NCBI GenBank assembly: GCA_947479535.1
Contig: CANJZQ010000009.1
Location: forward strand, 5,748 to 69,747
Length of the DNA stretch: 64,000 nucleotides
Direction of reading: 5' to 3'
From: Oligoflexales bacterium
Lineage (GTDB): Bacteria > Bdellovibrionota_B > Oligoflexia > Oligoflexales > RGVZ01
Shown: piece by piece, positions 37,934 to 47,128 of the stretch
Numbering within the stretch: the stretch's first letter is position 1
How the letters are laid out: each line of letters starts with the position of its first letter
Notes under the pieces: model-generated
What the model saw: only the letters and a program-made list of their open reading frames with translations
The model's database searches: none
Told to the model about the DNA's origin: nothing
Position numbers and translations under genes: made by a program

Positions 37934-38476
37934 ATGGATATCTTGCAATGGTTGAAGTTGGATCACGAGGCGATGCTCCGATCGGTTGAAAAACTCGGGG
38001 ATGGCAAGCCCGACGACCGTGCGGTTGCTGCAAAGGGCCCAATCGGCAAACTAGTGGCAGAGCTGGCCTTCGATCTTCTCGGGCATCTAAAAGCCGAGGA
38101 GGAATACCTTTTACCTGAACTGTCCCAGCGGTTTCCTGGCTCGGACCTGATCATGGACCTTTGCTCGGCCAATCAGAGTGTGATGCGTAAGCACGTTAAA
38201 TCGCTGATAAAAGCCTCTACGGCTCAGGACCAGGAGGCGATCGAAGGTGCGGTCGCGGGACTTCGCAAGGCAGTCCAACAGCACCTTGAGGTTCAGGAAA
38301 TGCAGCTGATGCCTAAGCTTCGCTTGCATGTCCCAACCAGTGAGCGGGAGGACCTTGGGCTCCTGATGCAGGACATGATGGAAGACCTGCGCGGCGAAGG
38401 CCTTGATATCGCCGCGGAACTGAAAAGTGCCTCTGCCCGTTCGAAACCCGCGTCCGGCGGCCATGCTCGGGCTTGA
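37934..38476 (+). CDS. Hemerythrin-like domain protein
   Basis: MDILQWLKLDH, HLKAEEEYLLP, HLEVQEMQLMP. Confidence 0.8.
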   Translation: MDILQWLKLDHEAMLRSVEKLGDGKPDDRAVAAKGPIGKLVAELAFDLLGHLKAEEEYLLPELSQRFPGSDLIMDLCSANQSVMRKHVKSLIKASTAQDQEAIEGAVAGLRKAVQQHLEVQEMQLMPKLRLHVPTSEREDLGLLMQDMMEDLRGEGLDIAAELKSASARSKPASGGHARA

Positions 38477-38559
38477 CGGTCTCCAGTATATTGGGTTAAG
38501 AGCGTTTGTTCGAAAGTTAAAGAAAACGTTACAGCATCCTCATATAGGTTCCTGAAGCC

Positions 38560-38988
38560 ATGAAAAACAAACTGATTACCCAATTCGAAAAACGCGTATG
38601 GACTGGCGTCAAAAAGTTGGCCTCATTCCGCGCAGGCGATACCGTTCGCGTGCATTATAAAATCCAAGAAGGCGCGGACAAGACCAAGTTCCGGACGCAG
38701 CTTTTTGAAGGCGTTGTGATTCGTTTCCGTAACGGCACCGCGGACGGAAGTTTCACGGTTCGCAAAATCAGCGCGGGCGGTGTTGGCGTTGAACGGGTTT
38801 TCCCAATCTATAGCCCATACGTCGACAAGGTTGACGTTCTAGCCTCGGGTATCGTCCGTCGTGCACGCCTTTATTACCTGCGTGACCTCGCTGGCAAGGC
38901 TGCTCGCATCAGGACCAAGTATGTTGCCAAGAAGCTTGACGCTGTCGTTGTTGATGCTGTGAGCGAAGATCAGCCTGCTGACGCCTGA
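38560..38988 (+). CDS. rplS: 50S ribosomal protein bL19
   Basis: [43 protein letters not shown]. Confidence 0.98.
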   Translation: MKNKLITQFEKRVWTGVKKLASFRAGDTVRVHYKIQEGADKTKFRTQLFEGVVIRFRNGTADGSFTVRKISAGGVGVERVFPIYSPYVDKVDVLASGIVRRARLYYLRDLAGKAARIRTKYVAKKLDAVVVDAVSEDQPADA

Positions 38989-38999
38989 GGGCTGCTGGT

Positions 39000-39500
39000 T
39001 CAGGCGTCAATCGCCGGATACCATGTGACCTTAAATGGATAACTTTTAATGCCCTCCGGAGATTTTCCGGAGGGCATTTTTGTTTCTGAAACATCAGCTT
39101 GGTGCGTCACAATAGCCAGATCAATTCTGGTTTTAGCTGCGTTGATGCCAAAATACCGGATGGCTGCATGGAGTCCCTTTTTTAGGGACTGCACTTTGAG
39201 CCTTGGCATCAATCCGCTGACAGACGTCATGTCGTGTGTGAACCGAGTCCGAAATTTGACTTCGACTGCGACAAGCGAGGATTCCTTGACAGCAAGGATA
39301 TCAATCTCAGTTCCAATCCACCGATAATTTCGCGCGACGATGCGCCAGCTTTGAGAAATCAAAATATCGGCAACATATTCTTCAGCCCGGGAGGCAAGGG
39401 CTCTTTGTTGCGCAGATCGATTTAACTGGTTCAAAGGTCCGCCGGTGCCATTCGGTGACGCCGTGGATTTTGAGGTTTTCGATGTGCTCTCTTGTGCCAT
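39000..39500 (-). CDS. yraN: YraN family (UPF0102) nuclease-fold protein
   Basis: RIVARNYR...EIDILA...LVAVEVKFR, RIDLAIV. Start uncertain; overlaps the rnhB 3' end. Confidence 0.8.
   Translation of the reverse strand: MAQESTSKTSKSTASPNGTGGPLNQLNRSAQQRALASRAEEYVADILISQSWRIVARNYRWIGTEIDILAVKESSLVAVEVKFRTRFTHDMTSVSGLMPRLKVQSLKKGLHAAIRYFGINAAKTRIDLAIVTHQADVSETKMPSGKSPEGIKSYPFKVTWYPAIDA
39048..39085 (+). terminator. Intrinsic terminator for rplS, embedded in the antisense yraN CDS
   Basis: Perfect 13-bp inverted repeat AATGCCCTCCGGA/TCCGGAGGGCATT followed by TTTGTTT. Confidence 0.8.
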
Positions 39501-40047
39501 AGCCAACATGCTTTCCAAAACCGTATGCAGGAAGGCTGTTTCCCAACTCATGCATGAACTTGTCGCGGACCTCTTTTGCTAAAATTGAGGCGGCAGCAAT
39601 CGCAAAACACCAGTGGTCGCCCTTCACCACAGTTTGTTGCGCAATTTTTCGACCGGCGAGAACAGGCTCTGGAATGGCCTGATTGCCATCCACCATCACA
39701 AGATCAAAATGAGCGTCGATGGCATTGAGCGCCCTGCGCATGGCAATAAATGTTGCGCCAAGGATTCCGTGTGCCTCGATCTCCTGAACGCTCGCGCTTC
39801 CGGGTGCCCATCCGGAAGTGACGCTTTCGATGATTGGCACAACCAATCCACGCTGGCGCGCACTCAGTGTTTTGGAATCACGGATGAGCTGCAAAGATTT
39901 GTCGGGAAGTGCAAACAGTTTACCGTAGTCGATGACAGCGGCAGCCGTGACCACGGGACCTGCAATGCATCCGCGACCAACCTCATCAATTCCAACAGGG
40001 AATTGTCCCCGTGCCAAAGCGGCCCGTTCGAGGTCTCCGCGTTCCAT
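39382..40047 (-). CDS. rnhB: Ribonuclease HII
   Basis: GIDEVGRGCIAGPV, DSK, VDGN, KGD...IAAASILAK..RD, HVGYGT, HRRTF. Confidence 0.96.
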   Translation of the reverse strand: MERGDLERAALARGQFPVGIDEVGRGCIAGPVVTAAAVIDYGKLFALPDKSLQLIRDSKTLSARQRGLVVPIIESVTSGWAPGSASVQEIEAHGILGATFIAMRRALNAIDAHFDLVMVDGNQAIPEPVLAGRKIAQQTVVKGDHWCFAIAAASILAKEVRDKFMHELGNSLPAYGFGKHVGYGTREHIENLKIHGVTEWHRRTFEPVKSICATKSPCLPG

Positions 40048-40079
40048 GCAAGTCCTGTAGCTTTAAAAGTGGCGTGGGA

Positions 40080-40406
40080 TCAAAGGACTTTCTTGATCAT
40101 GTCGACAAGTTTTCCCTTTGGAACTGCACCAACAACCGAGTCAACCATTTGACCATTCTTGAAAAGAGCCATGAATGGAATCGAACGGACACCAAAAGTT
40201 GCAGGGACATGGGCATTTTCGTCGACATTCATTTTTGCGATGGTGACCTTGCCCTTGTATTCCTCGGCGATCGCATCGAGAACCGGAGCGATGGCTACGC
40301 ATGGCCCACACCACGGGGCCCAGAAGTCCACAAGGACTGGTTGTGTCGACTTGATTACTGAATTTTCGAAACTCTCGTCACTGATATCGATGGTGTGCTG
40401 TCCCAT
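40080..40406 (-). CDS. trxA: Thioredoxin
   Basis: VLVDFWAPWCGPC, VRSIP. ATG at 40406. Confidence 0.96.
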   Translation of the reverse strand: MGQHTIDISDESFENSVIKSTQPVLVDFWAPWCGPCVAIAPVLDAIAEEYKGKVTIAKMNVDENAHVPATFGVRSIPFMALFKNGQMVDSVVGAVPKGKLVDMIKKVL

Positions 40407-40570
40407 GGCATGGACTCCCGAAGAAAAAATACTGTTGTGACCAGCAAATGCTGGCAAGTGTTCGGATCGTGACTCGGGGACCTTCCTTTGTCAATCAGGT
40501 TGACCCGTGTGGTCTTTTTTTTGTATCTCCCTGTCCGGCGGTTCCCCGGCATCCTGCAAAGGCTGCCACT

Positions 40571-41482
40571 ATGTTTTTTTCCCAGAATGTTGCACCTTTT
40601 TCGCCTTCTTTTGACTCAACTGGTTTCCTGCCGGTCGAGGTGCTTACCCTTTTTGACTCCACCGACCAGCTGCTGCGAACCGCTGCGGCGTCGTTTTTAA
40701 GGTCATGCACAGCTCCTCCAGAGCAAGGCGAAAGGCTTTTGATTTATTCAGTGCCAGGCGGCGGCGCGAGTGAGGTCTCTCGATACCTGGCGACCTTGGC
40801 CTGTCGGACCCATCGTTGCCGGCTGTTGTCCCAAAATAATCTGCAACCCCGCGAGATCAAAAACGCAGTGTATTTTGGTCAATACGACGGGGGTGGACCG
40901 AATCCATTTGGTTCGCGCGGGGGTCTGACCATTCTCTTTTCTTCTGCCTCAGAAACGCCGGCCTTGGCGGGCAGGTCTGGTTTTTCTGTCTTGCAAATTC
41001 CACCGTTGTCATCCCGCCCAAAAGACGCCCTCAAGGCGGCTCTTTTTTTAGCGCAATCAATGCTTCCTGCTGGTTCTTTTTTTACAGAGGATGCCTGCGA
41101 ATTGATTCGCGACTACTGCTGGCCGGGAGATTTGGCTCACATGCGGATGACTTTGGGATTGGTCGGCCAAAGGGCCTTTGTCACGAACACGCAAGCCATT
41201 GATGCTGAAACGATTCTTTTTGTATTGAAACGCAAGGAACTTAATCTTGCCGAGCTTTGCCGTCGCGAACAGACGGGCTGGGGAATTGCCCTCACTGGCC
41301 AAGACCTGCTTCACCTGGCCACGTTCACTGGCTTCGTGAGGGTACGCAAGGCGCTTGAGTTGCTATTGATCGAGGGTGCCGTGACTGCCTTTGGTGGTAA
41401 TGCTGCCGTTGCCGCCAAGTTGCTTGGACTTCCTTACACGACCCTCGTCAGCCGCCAAAAAGCATTGAGGGCCCAAGATTGA
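40571..41482 (+). CDS. Degenerate sigma-54 activator-like (AAA+ remnant) protein with Fis-type HTH
   Basis: IPPLSSRPKD, YCWPGD, FGGNAAVAAKLLGLPYTTL. No GAFTGA and no intact Walker motifs. Confidence 0.7.
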   Translation: MFFSQNVAPFSPSFDSTGFLPVEVLTLFDSTDQLLRTAAASFLRSCTAPPEQGERLLIYSVPGGGASEVSRYLATLACRTHRCRLLSQNNLQPREIKNAVYFGQYDGGGPNPFGSRGGLTILFSSASETPALAGRSGFSVLQIPPLSSRPKDALKAALFLAQSMLPAGSFFTEDACELIRDYCWPGDLAHMRMTLGLVGQRAFVTNTQAIDAETILFVLKRKELNLAELCRREQTGWGIALTGQDLLHLATFTGFVRVRKALELLLIEGAVTAFGGNAAVAAKLLGLPYTTLVSRQKALRAQD

Positions 41483-41485
41483 ATG

Positions 41486-42016
41486 TCATTCGTTGACGGC
41501 CTTGGAACTTTTTTCGTCATCCGAAGCCAAAGCTGAAACCGGCTGTTTCCGGTTTTCCTTGCTCAGCTGCTCGGAGAGTTCGTTAAGATCCTCGGCCATG
41601 TCGGTGAAGGCATCGCTGTCGCGGACCGTGATTTTTTGACCGTAGTGTCCGTTGATCATGGCGCGGATTTGCCGTCTCATGGCCACAGTTGGTCCAACGA
41701 GCCGATGGGTGGTCACAAGAGAAACGGCGATGGAAACGAACACTTGGCTAATAAGTAATGTCAGAGCAGAAATCCTGATCCACTCGAACATTTGATAGGC
41801 ATTGTTGATGGTCTCGTCGTCGAGATGACCTATATCGGCAAAGGCGTTGGAGATGCTACGCAGGGAATAATAGAACACCAAAGCGATTGCGAAACCAAAG
41901 ATGGCAGAAGCGAAGGCAGACCACGCTGCAATCCTCAGCTGGATGACCGGCTGCAGCAGTAAACTTCTAAATCGATGCTGTCGTTTAGGGTCGGTTGAAT
42001 AGGTGCCTTTGGTCAT
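41486..42016 (-). CDS. Two-TM membrane protein with HAMP-like domain
   Basis: THRLVGP...RQIRAMING.Y...I.VR.SD.F.D.AEDLN; AAGGAG SD. Confidence 0.75.
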   Translation of the reverse strand: MTKGTYSTDPKRQHRFRSLLLQPVIQLRIAAWSAFASAIFGFAIALVFYYSLRSISNAFADIGHLDDETINNAYQMFEWIRISALTLLISQVFVSIAVSLVTTHRLVGPTVAMRRQIRAMINGHYGQKITVRDSDAFTDMAEDLNELSEQLSKENRKQPVSALASDDEKSSKAVNE

Positions 42017-42147
42017 GTTTTGCTCCTTTAAAGTCAGGGTCGGTAGTCCCTTCAAAAGGTTTACGAGCAAATCCAAGTAGCTGTTTTATTTAATTAAATA
42101 GTGATGATATCGCCCCGGTTACAGACCTTGCAGGACCTCTTTTGGAA

Positions 42148-43233
42148 TCAGCCCCTTCCGGGTGAAATCAATTCGGTGTGAAGGCCGCGGTGGGCCACCC
42201 CCGCTGCCAGAACCGTTCCCCCCGCCCCTTCAAGGGCCTTTCGGACACGATCCAGTGATCCAGCTGGAGCCAGGACTGCCATGACGCCGCCGCCTCCGGC
42301 TCCACAAACGCGGGCCACTTTGGCGCCTGCGGCAATGGCGGCGTCGGCTTGGCGTTTGGTTTCGCTTGTGTGGATATTCGGCCAAAGTTCGCAGCGTAGT
42401 TTCCATTCCCTTGCGGAAGCAGCAACCATGGCATCGTAATCGCCTTGGCGGACAGCATCTGCGCATTGCCGTGCCACCGAGCCAATCGCCGAGAGCTTTT
42501 TGAGAAGTTCGCGGTCACCATCGAAAACCCGTTTGAAGATTTCCCAATTGTTGATCGCAGACTGCCTGCTTTTTCCTGAGAAACAAAGAATCAGCTCATC
42601 TTCCAGCCGTCGACTCACGGCGCCTGCTGGGGATTTATCAGCCCGGTCGTGGGTCTCGACAGTGACGCCTCCGGCCGGGAATTCGATGATGTTCAATCCT
42701 CCGCGCACCGCGCCCCAATAGTCTTGGATGCCGGTTGGGGCGTGAATTAATTTTGCTTCGATATCAGAAGCTGTCTGGACCAGGCGCCGCTCATCTAGTT
42801 TTTCATTTTTTTTTGTGAGGATGGCCTTGGTGTTCATCAGTGCCCCCCCAAGGGTTACGGCGAGGCACGAGGAACCACCGAGGCCGGCTCCAGCCGGGGA
42901 CTTGGCTTCCGTTCGGATGTGCAGCGCGGGCAGTTTTTTGGACCACCAGACCTTCAAAAATAGACCGAGCAGTGGCAGCTCTGTTGTCGCGATGCAGTCC
43001 TCAAAGCTGCCTCGCACTTCGATTTTTTGATCGACGCTTTGTATGGTGAAAATGCCGTCTGCAGAAGGTGTGATATCGACTTGGGCTGGCAAGGTGACAG
43101 CGCAGTTGACGGTCGCCTTTTCATCGAGAAGCTGATGGATTGGCCAAAGGTCAATCGTCCCACCAGCAAGGTCGATGCGGGTTGGGGCTGAGGCCCGGAC
43201 GTGAAATTGCTGATCGAATTGGATTGTTGGCAT
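42148..43233 (-). CDS. GHMP kinase (HddA-like sugar kinase)
   Basis: APTRIDLAGGTID, PAGAGLGGSS, G.QDY, CGAGGGG. Confidence 0.9.
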   Translation of the reverse strand: MPTIQFDQQFHVRASAPTRIDLAGGTIDLWPIHQLLDEKATVNCAVTLPAQVDITPSADGIFTIQSVDQKIEVRGSFEDCIATTELPLLGLFLKVWWSKKLPALHIRTEAKSPAGAGLGGSSCLAVTLGGALMNTKAILTKKNEKLDERRLVQTASDIEAKLIHAPTGIQDYWGAVRGGLNIIEFPAGGVTVETHDRADKSPAGAVSRRLEDELILCFSGKSRQSAINNWEIFKRVFDGDRELLKKLSAIGSVARQCADAVRQGDYDAMVAASAREWKLRCELWPNIHTSETKRQADAAIAAGAKVARVCGAGGGGVMAVLAPAGSLDRVRKALEGAGGTVLAAGVAHRGLHTELISPGRG

Positions 43234-43301
43234 CTGAATTTTCCACAGGGTTGTCAGGTTTATGGGATACAATAAACCCGCAATACCCAAGAAGGAAGAG
43301 C

Positions 43302-43808
43302 ATGCGTACTAGAAGATCAAGAGCCTGTGTTCTGAATCTGGAGCCGAAGTTCGTCAACCTGACCAAACTCAAGCTGGAAATTGAGCTCAGAGCCATGGTG
43401 GACATCGAACTTGCTGAGATCAAAGGTCTTGATGACAGTGCGTTTCTGCCATGTGACCTCTTGATCGTTGAAGCCCAAGGCGTTTCGATGGGCGACTTTC
43501 AATTGTGGATCAAGGGTTTCCAGGCGCGCCTGGTCACTCAAGCCGATATTTGGGTTCCGTCTTTGATCGTGGCTGAGCTGCCGGTTGATGAGGCGCGTTT
43601 GCTCATGGAACATGCCATCAAGTCAAACTGGTATTTTGATGTGGTTCGCCCAGAACATTTGGATTCATTGCCCGTGCGAGTGGCTAATTTGCTCCGTATT
43701 CACGACCACTTGCATGAACTAAGGCGCTATTCTGAAACGCTGGACCGGTTGCAGGATCGGGTCAACATGCTCGAGCATGAAGTCAATGCCTTGCGCGCCG
43801 GTGGATGA
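43302..43808 (+). CDS. Hypothetical protein (atypical receiver-like domain plus coiled coil)
   Basis: AAGGAAG SD; CDLLIVE/VPSLIVA beta strands; C-terminal heptads. Confidence 0.7.
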   Translation: MRTRRSRACVLNLEPKFVNLTKLKLEIELRAMVDIELAEIKGLDDSAFLPCDLLIVEAQGVSMGDFQLWIKGFQARLVTQADIWVPSLIVAELPVDEARLLMEHAIKSNWYFDVVRPEHLDSLPVRVANLLRIHDHLHELRRYSETLDRLQDRVNMLEHEVNALRAGG

Positions 43809-43869
43809 TCGCGGTACATGTCTGGTTCTACATGACCGCAAAAGATTTTAAAGACGTCAGGATCACGCC

Positions 43870-44130
43870 ATGAGTTTCATGGATCTCGGCAACGCCAAGC
43901 CACAAGAACTCATCAGCCAGTACCTGCTGGAGCTGAAGGGACAAGGCACAATGCTGTGCTATTCGGATCATGAAGTTGTCGAGGCTTGGATTGCAGTAGC
44001 TCCGAGTGTCGACGATTTGTTGGTCGTCCTGTCCGAACTTGCGCCGTCCTATCTTTCGAAAGATCCGAAGCCGAGGTCACTTGGCGGACTTAAGAACCGT
44101 GTTCTGAATCGTCTGGCTCAGATGCGCTAG
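43870..44130 (+). CDS. Small hypothetical protein
   Basis: 86-aa ORF with motif KGQGTML..SD..VVEAW. Confidence 0.65.
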   Translation: MSFMDLGNAKPQELISQYLLELKGQGTMLCYSDHEVVEAWIAVAPSVDDLLVVLSELAPSYLSKDPKPRSLGGLKNRVLNRLAQMR

Positions 44131-44329
44131 GACGTTCTTCCAACTCCTGCTGGGGATCAACCGGAGGTCCCGGGATGCGGTAATTGTCGGTAGCCCAGTT
44201 GGCCGTATCGAAGCTGCGGCAACGTTCGCTGCAAAATGGGCGGAATGGGTTTGTGTCGTCAAACCGGCAAGTCGTTTTGCACTTGGGGCAAGGCCATATC
44301 CTGGTTTTTGTTGGGCGCTTTTCAGTCAT
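44090..44329 (-). CDS. yacG: DNA gyrase inhibitor YacG
   Basis: CPKC...NPFRPFCSERC...D..NWA...YRIP with an acidic tail. Confidence 0.9.
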   Translation of the reverse strand: MTEKRPTKTRIWPCPKCKTTCRFDDTNPFRPFCSERCRSFDTANWATDNYRIPGPPVDPQQELEERPSASEPDDSEHGS

Positions 44330-44339
44330 GCCAGTTCTT

Positions 44340-45569
44340 TTACTCCTGATCGGGGAGCGATCGCAAGCGCTCCGGCCAAAGGCGTCGCGGCAACTCATCA
44401 CAGCGACCAGTCATCAGCAGCTTGGCCAGGCAGAATCCCGAATAAAATCCGAGGGTCAGTCCCTGACCCATGAACCCTGTTGCGACCAGAATGCGTCCTT
44501 CGCCATACATCGGTCCAACCACCGGAAGTTCATCGCAGGGATGGCAGTCCAAGCCAGCGCCTTCCAGCATTGACTCGCAATCCGCCCGCCAGTGCGGGAA
44601 AGATTTTTTTGTTTGTTCAACAATGTAATTTGAAATTTTGGCCTCAACCTTGGACTCGGTGGCTTCAAAACCAGCCCATTTTCTCAGGATCCGGCCGCCG
44701 CCCAGCAGTATTTTGCCGTCTAGTTGGGTGGCTCCCCATTCGTGATTGTGAAATGCAGACCAGGCAATCCCGGGGCTGTTCCACGGACTTTGAGGATCAC
44801 TTGAATCCAGCGGTCCAGATGTGCTCAACCATTGATCCGCAGATGACACCAGGGCTGATTTCAGGGAAGGAATCAGGTCACCGATGGCAAGGTGGCAGGC
44901 GGCGATCATGGAGGAAGCTTTTATCGTTTGAAGTTTTTTGGTTTCGGATTGGGAGTCATTCAACCGGATCGTTATGTTCAATTCGGGGTCGGCGTAGCCG
45001 GAAATATTTTCCACCGTGCCGTCAATGAATTGGATGGCTGGATTTGCCTGTGCGGCCATTCGCAATTTAACGTGCATGTTGTGTGTGTCGATCCAACCGC
45101 CGCGTTCACCGTCCTCTTGAACGGCCAGAATTCTCGGGCCGAGGGCTCGTGCCCATGGGGATGCTGCCAGCTGCTTGTCGCACAAAATTTGTGATGTGAG
45201 GCCAGCCTTGTTCAATTCACGAACTGCGATAGTCGCTTCAGTCAGCTCCTCGGGTGTGGCAATCAGGCGCAGGCGCCTGCACGTGGAAATCGGAACTCCA
45301 TGGTTTCTTGCCCACCTTGTCGTCAGGTCAAAGGCGCGGTCACCGAACTGCCAGATTGTTTTTGCAAAATCGACTTGGTGCGCTGCGGCGATGCGAGTGA
45401 AGTTGTCTCTTTGGCCACCGCTGAGCATGCCGGGAGCAGTCATACTGGTTGGAATTGACGGGCCTGTGACAATCAAAATCTTAAGAACACCGCTCTCTGC
45501 AAGATGCAAGGCGGCAGAAAGGCCAGTGATACCTGACCCGGCAATGACAACTGGAATCTCATTTAACAT
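44340..45569 (-). CDS. FAD-dependent oxidoreductase (DAO family)
   Basis: VVIAGSGITGLSAALHL, DELPVVGP, VATGFMGQGLTLG. Confidence 0.88.
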   Translation of the reverse strand: MLNEIPVVIAGSGITGLSAALHLAESGVLKILIVTGPSIPTSMTAPGMLSGGQRDNFTRIAAAHQVDFAKTIWQFGDRAFDLTTRWARNHGVPISTCRRLRLIATPEELTEATIAVRELNKAGLTSQILCDKQLAASPWARALGPRILAVQEDGERGGWIDTHNMHVKLRMAAQANPAIQFIDGTVENISGYADPELNITIRLNDSQSETKKLQTIKASSMIAACHLAIGDLIPSLKSALVSSADQWLSTSGPLDSSDPQSPWNSPGIAWSAFHNHEWGATQLDGKILLGGGRILRKWAGFEATESKVEAKISNYIVEQTKKSFPHWRADCESMLEGAGLDCHPCDELPVVGPMYGEGRILVATGFMGQGLTLGFYSGFCLAKLLMTGRCDELPRRLWPERLRSLPDQE

Positions 45570-45608
45570 TGCCTCTCCTCGCTCAATCTGAGTTAATAAT
45601 GCCATCCT

Positions 45609-47114
45609 GTGGAGCATGTGCAAGTGGTGAGATTCTTTTCGAAAAATCCCTTTAGACTGAAGGCGGCTGCCCTTGTTATTTCGGGTTGGCCGTTTGGTTT
45701 TCCTGGTGATCCATCAACCGGGCATGTCCCCCCGGGAGAGGATGCCGCCTTTGGGCGTCTGGCTTGTCCTTCCCTGACCCGCCTGAACCTTCAGCAAAAA
45801 AGATCAGAACCATTGCTGCTTCGCAGCGTCGAAGTGGAGTCACCAAAACAGTGGAAATTTACGCTTAAATCCGACTTGTTCTGGTGGAGTGGAAAACACG
45901 TTTCTGGTGAAGATCTGGCGACTTTTTTGCGCAATCAGATTTGCCCGGCTGCGACAGGGGCGCTTGGAGTTGATACTTCCTGTCCTAAGTTTGAGGTGAA
46001 GGAAATCAATGAGGGCAAAGGTGGCGCTCAAACGGCGATCGTCATTTGGCAAACCCAACCAGGATTCGGGCCGTACGTTTTAAACGATAAAGCCTTTTTT
46101 CGCAGATCCGGATCTGCCGGAATCGAATGTGCAGGGTTGTACCGGTATCGCAGCGTCAGTGCGGGTGAAGTTGAATTCCTGCCTGCTCAAGGCTATCCCC
46201 AGAAGCGTCCCGAGCTGCAATTCAACGCACGTCGCGAAGTCAAGCAAGCGCGCAAATCGCGCCTCGAATTTACGTTTGCCTCCGGAATGCAAAAGGGCCA
46301 GACCTGTTCTAAAGAAGGCTTGTTTCCAGCGGTGGCCGGCATCCTTTGGAGCGATCGCGGGGACGGCGTCCTCGCCACGGCACCACAGGCTCGAAAGGCG
46401 TTGACGCAGATCCTCCCGCGGGGCGAGCTACTTCGGGCCGGGGCCTTGGGACTAGGTGAGCTTGTCACTTCATTTATTCCGCGCCAGCACCCGGGCTACA
46501 ACCACAGCCTGCGGATTCGTCCCTACAGTGTGGAGGATGCGTCGGCGGCCTTGGAAAAGATAGGTTGGCAGCGTGCCAGGGCCGATGCCCCGCGGATCGA
46601 TCGCAAAACCGGCAAGCCGGTAGCCCTTCGAATTCTGGTCCTCGACCCGGACTCAACGGGGAGTGATCTGGTGCAAAAGGTTCTTGGTGACAGCCTTGCC
46701 CTTCTGGGAATTCAGACGGAATTTGTCGCAGACTCCGCCAATCTGACTCAGGCTGGGAGCGATAAAAACTCGAATGAATCGGGGGCCTTTGATGGAGTCA
46801 TGGGAGTCTTTTCGGCAGATTGGCCAGCAGTGAATTTCATTGGCTCCGGTGAATCAAACCGGATGCTGGAGAAGTTTAAGCAGTCCAATTTTTATCGTCA
46901 TTCTGACAACCAACGCCTTGCCCGGAATTACGCCACGTCATTGACAAATGCATCGCCGGACTTTATGGCACTCCAGCGGTTTCATGAAAAACTGTACGAA
47001 GCTGAGGTATTCTCTCCGGTCATCCAGTTGGGTACCTGCTTGGACCGCTCGGCTTCGGCGCCGGCAAAGGTTGATTTCACTGACCCGGATTGGCTCCGGC
47101 TTCTCTTACTTTAA
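45609..47114 (+). CDS. Divergent ABC substrate-binding protein family 5-like
   Basis: WKFTLKSDLFWWSG..VSGEDL, ARKAL, PYSVEDASAALEKIGW, ..DRKTGKPVALRI. Confidence 0.65.
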   Translation: MEHVQVVRFFSKNPFRLKAAALVISGWPFGFPGDPSTGHVPPGEDAAFGRLACPSLTRLNLQQKRSEPLLLRSVEVESPKQWKFTLKSDLFWWSGKHVSGEDLATFLRNQICPAATGALGVDTSCPKFEVKEINEGKGGAQTAIVIWQTQPGFGPYVLNDKAFFRRSGSAGIECAGLYRYRSVSAGEVEFLPAQGYPQKRPELQFNARREVKQARKSRLEFTFASGMQKGQTCSKEGLFPAVAGILWSDRGDGVLATAPQARKALTQILPRGELLRAGALGLGELVTSFIPRQHPGYNHSLRIRPYSVEDASAALEKIGWQRARADAPRIDRKTGKPVALRILVLDPDSTGSDLVQKVLGDSLALLGIQTEFVADSANLTQAGSDKNSNESGAFDGVMGVFSADWPAVNFIGSGESNRMLEKFKQSNFYRHSDNQRLARNYATSLTNASPDFMALQRFHEKLYEAEVFSPVIQLGTCLDRSASAPAKVDFTDPDWLRLLLL

Positions 47115-47128
47115 CTTCGGGTGAATCC

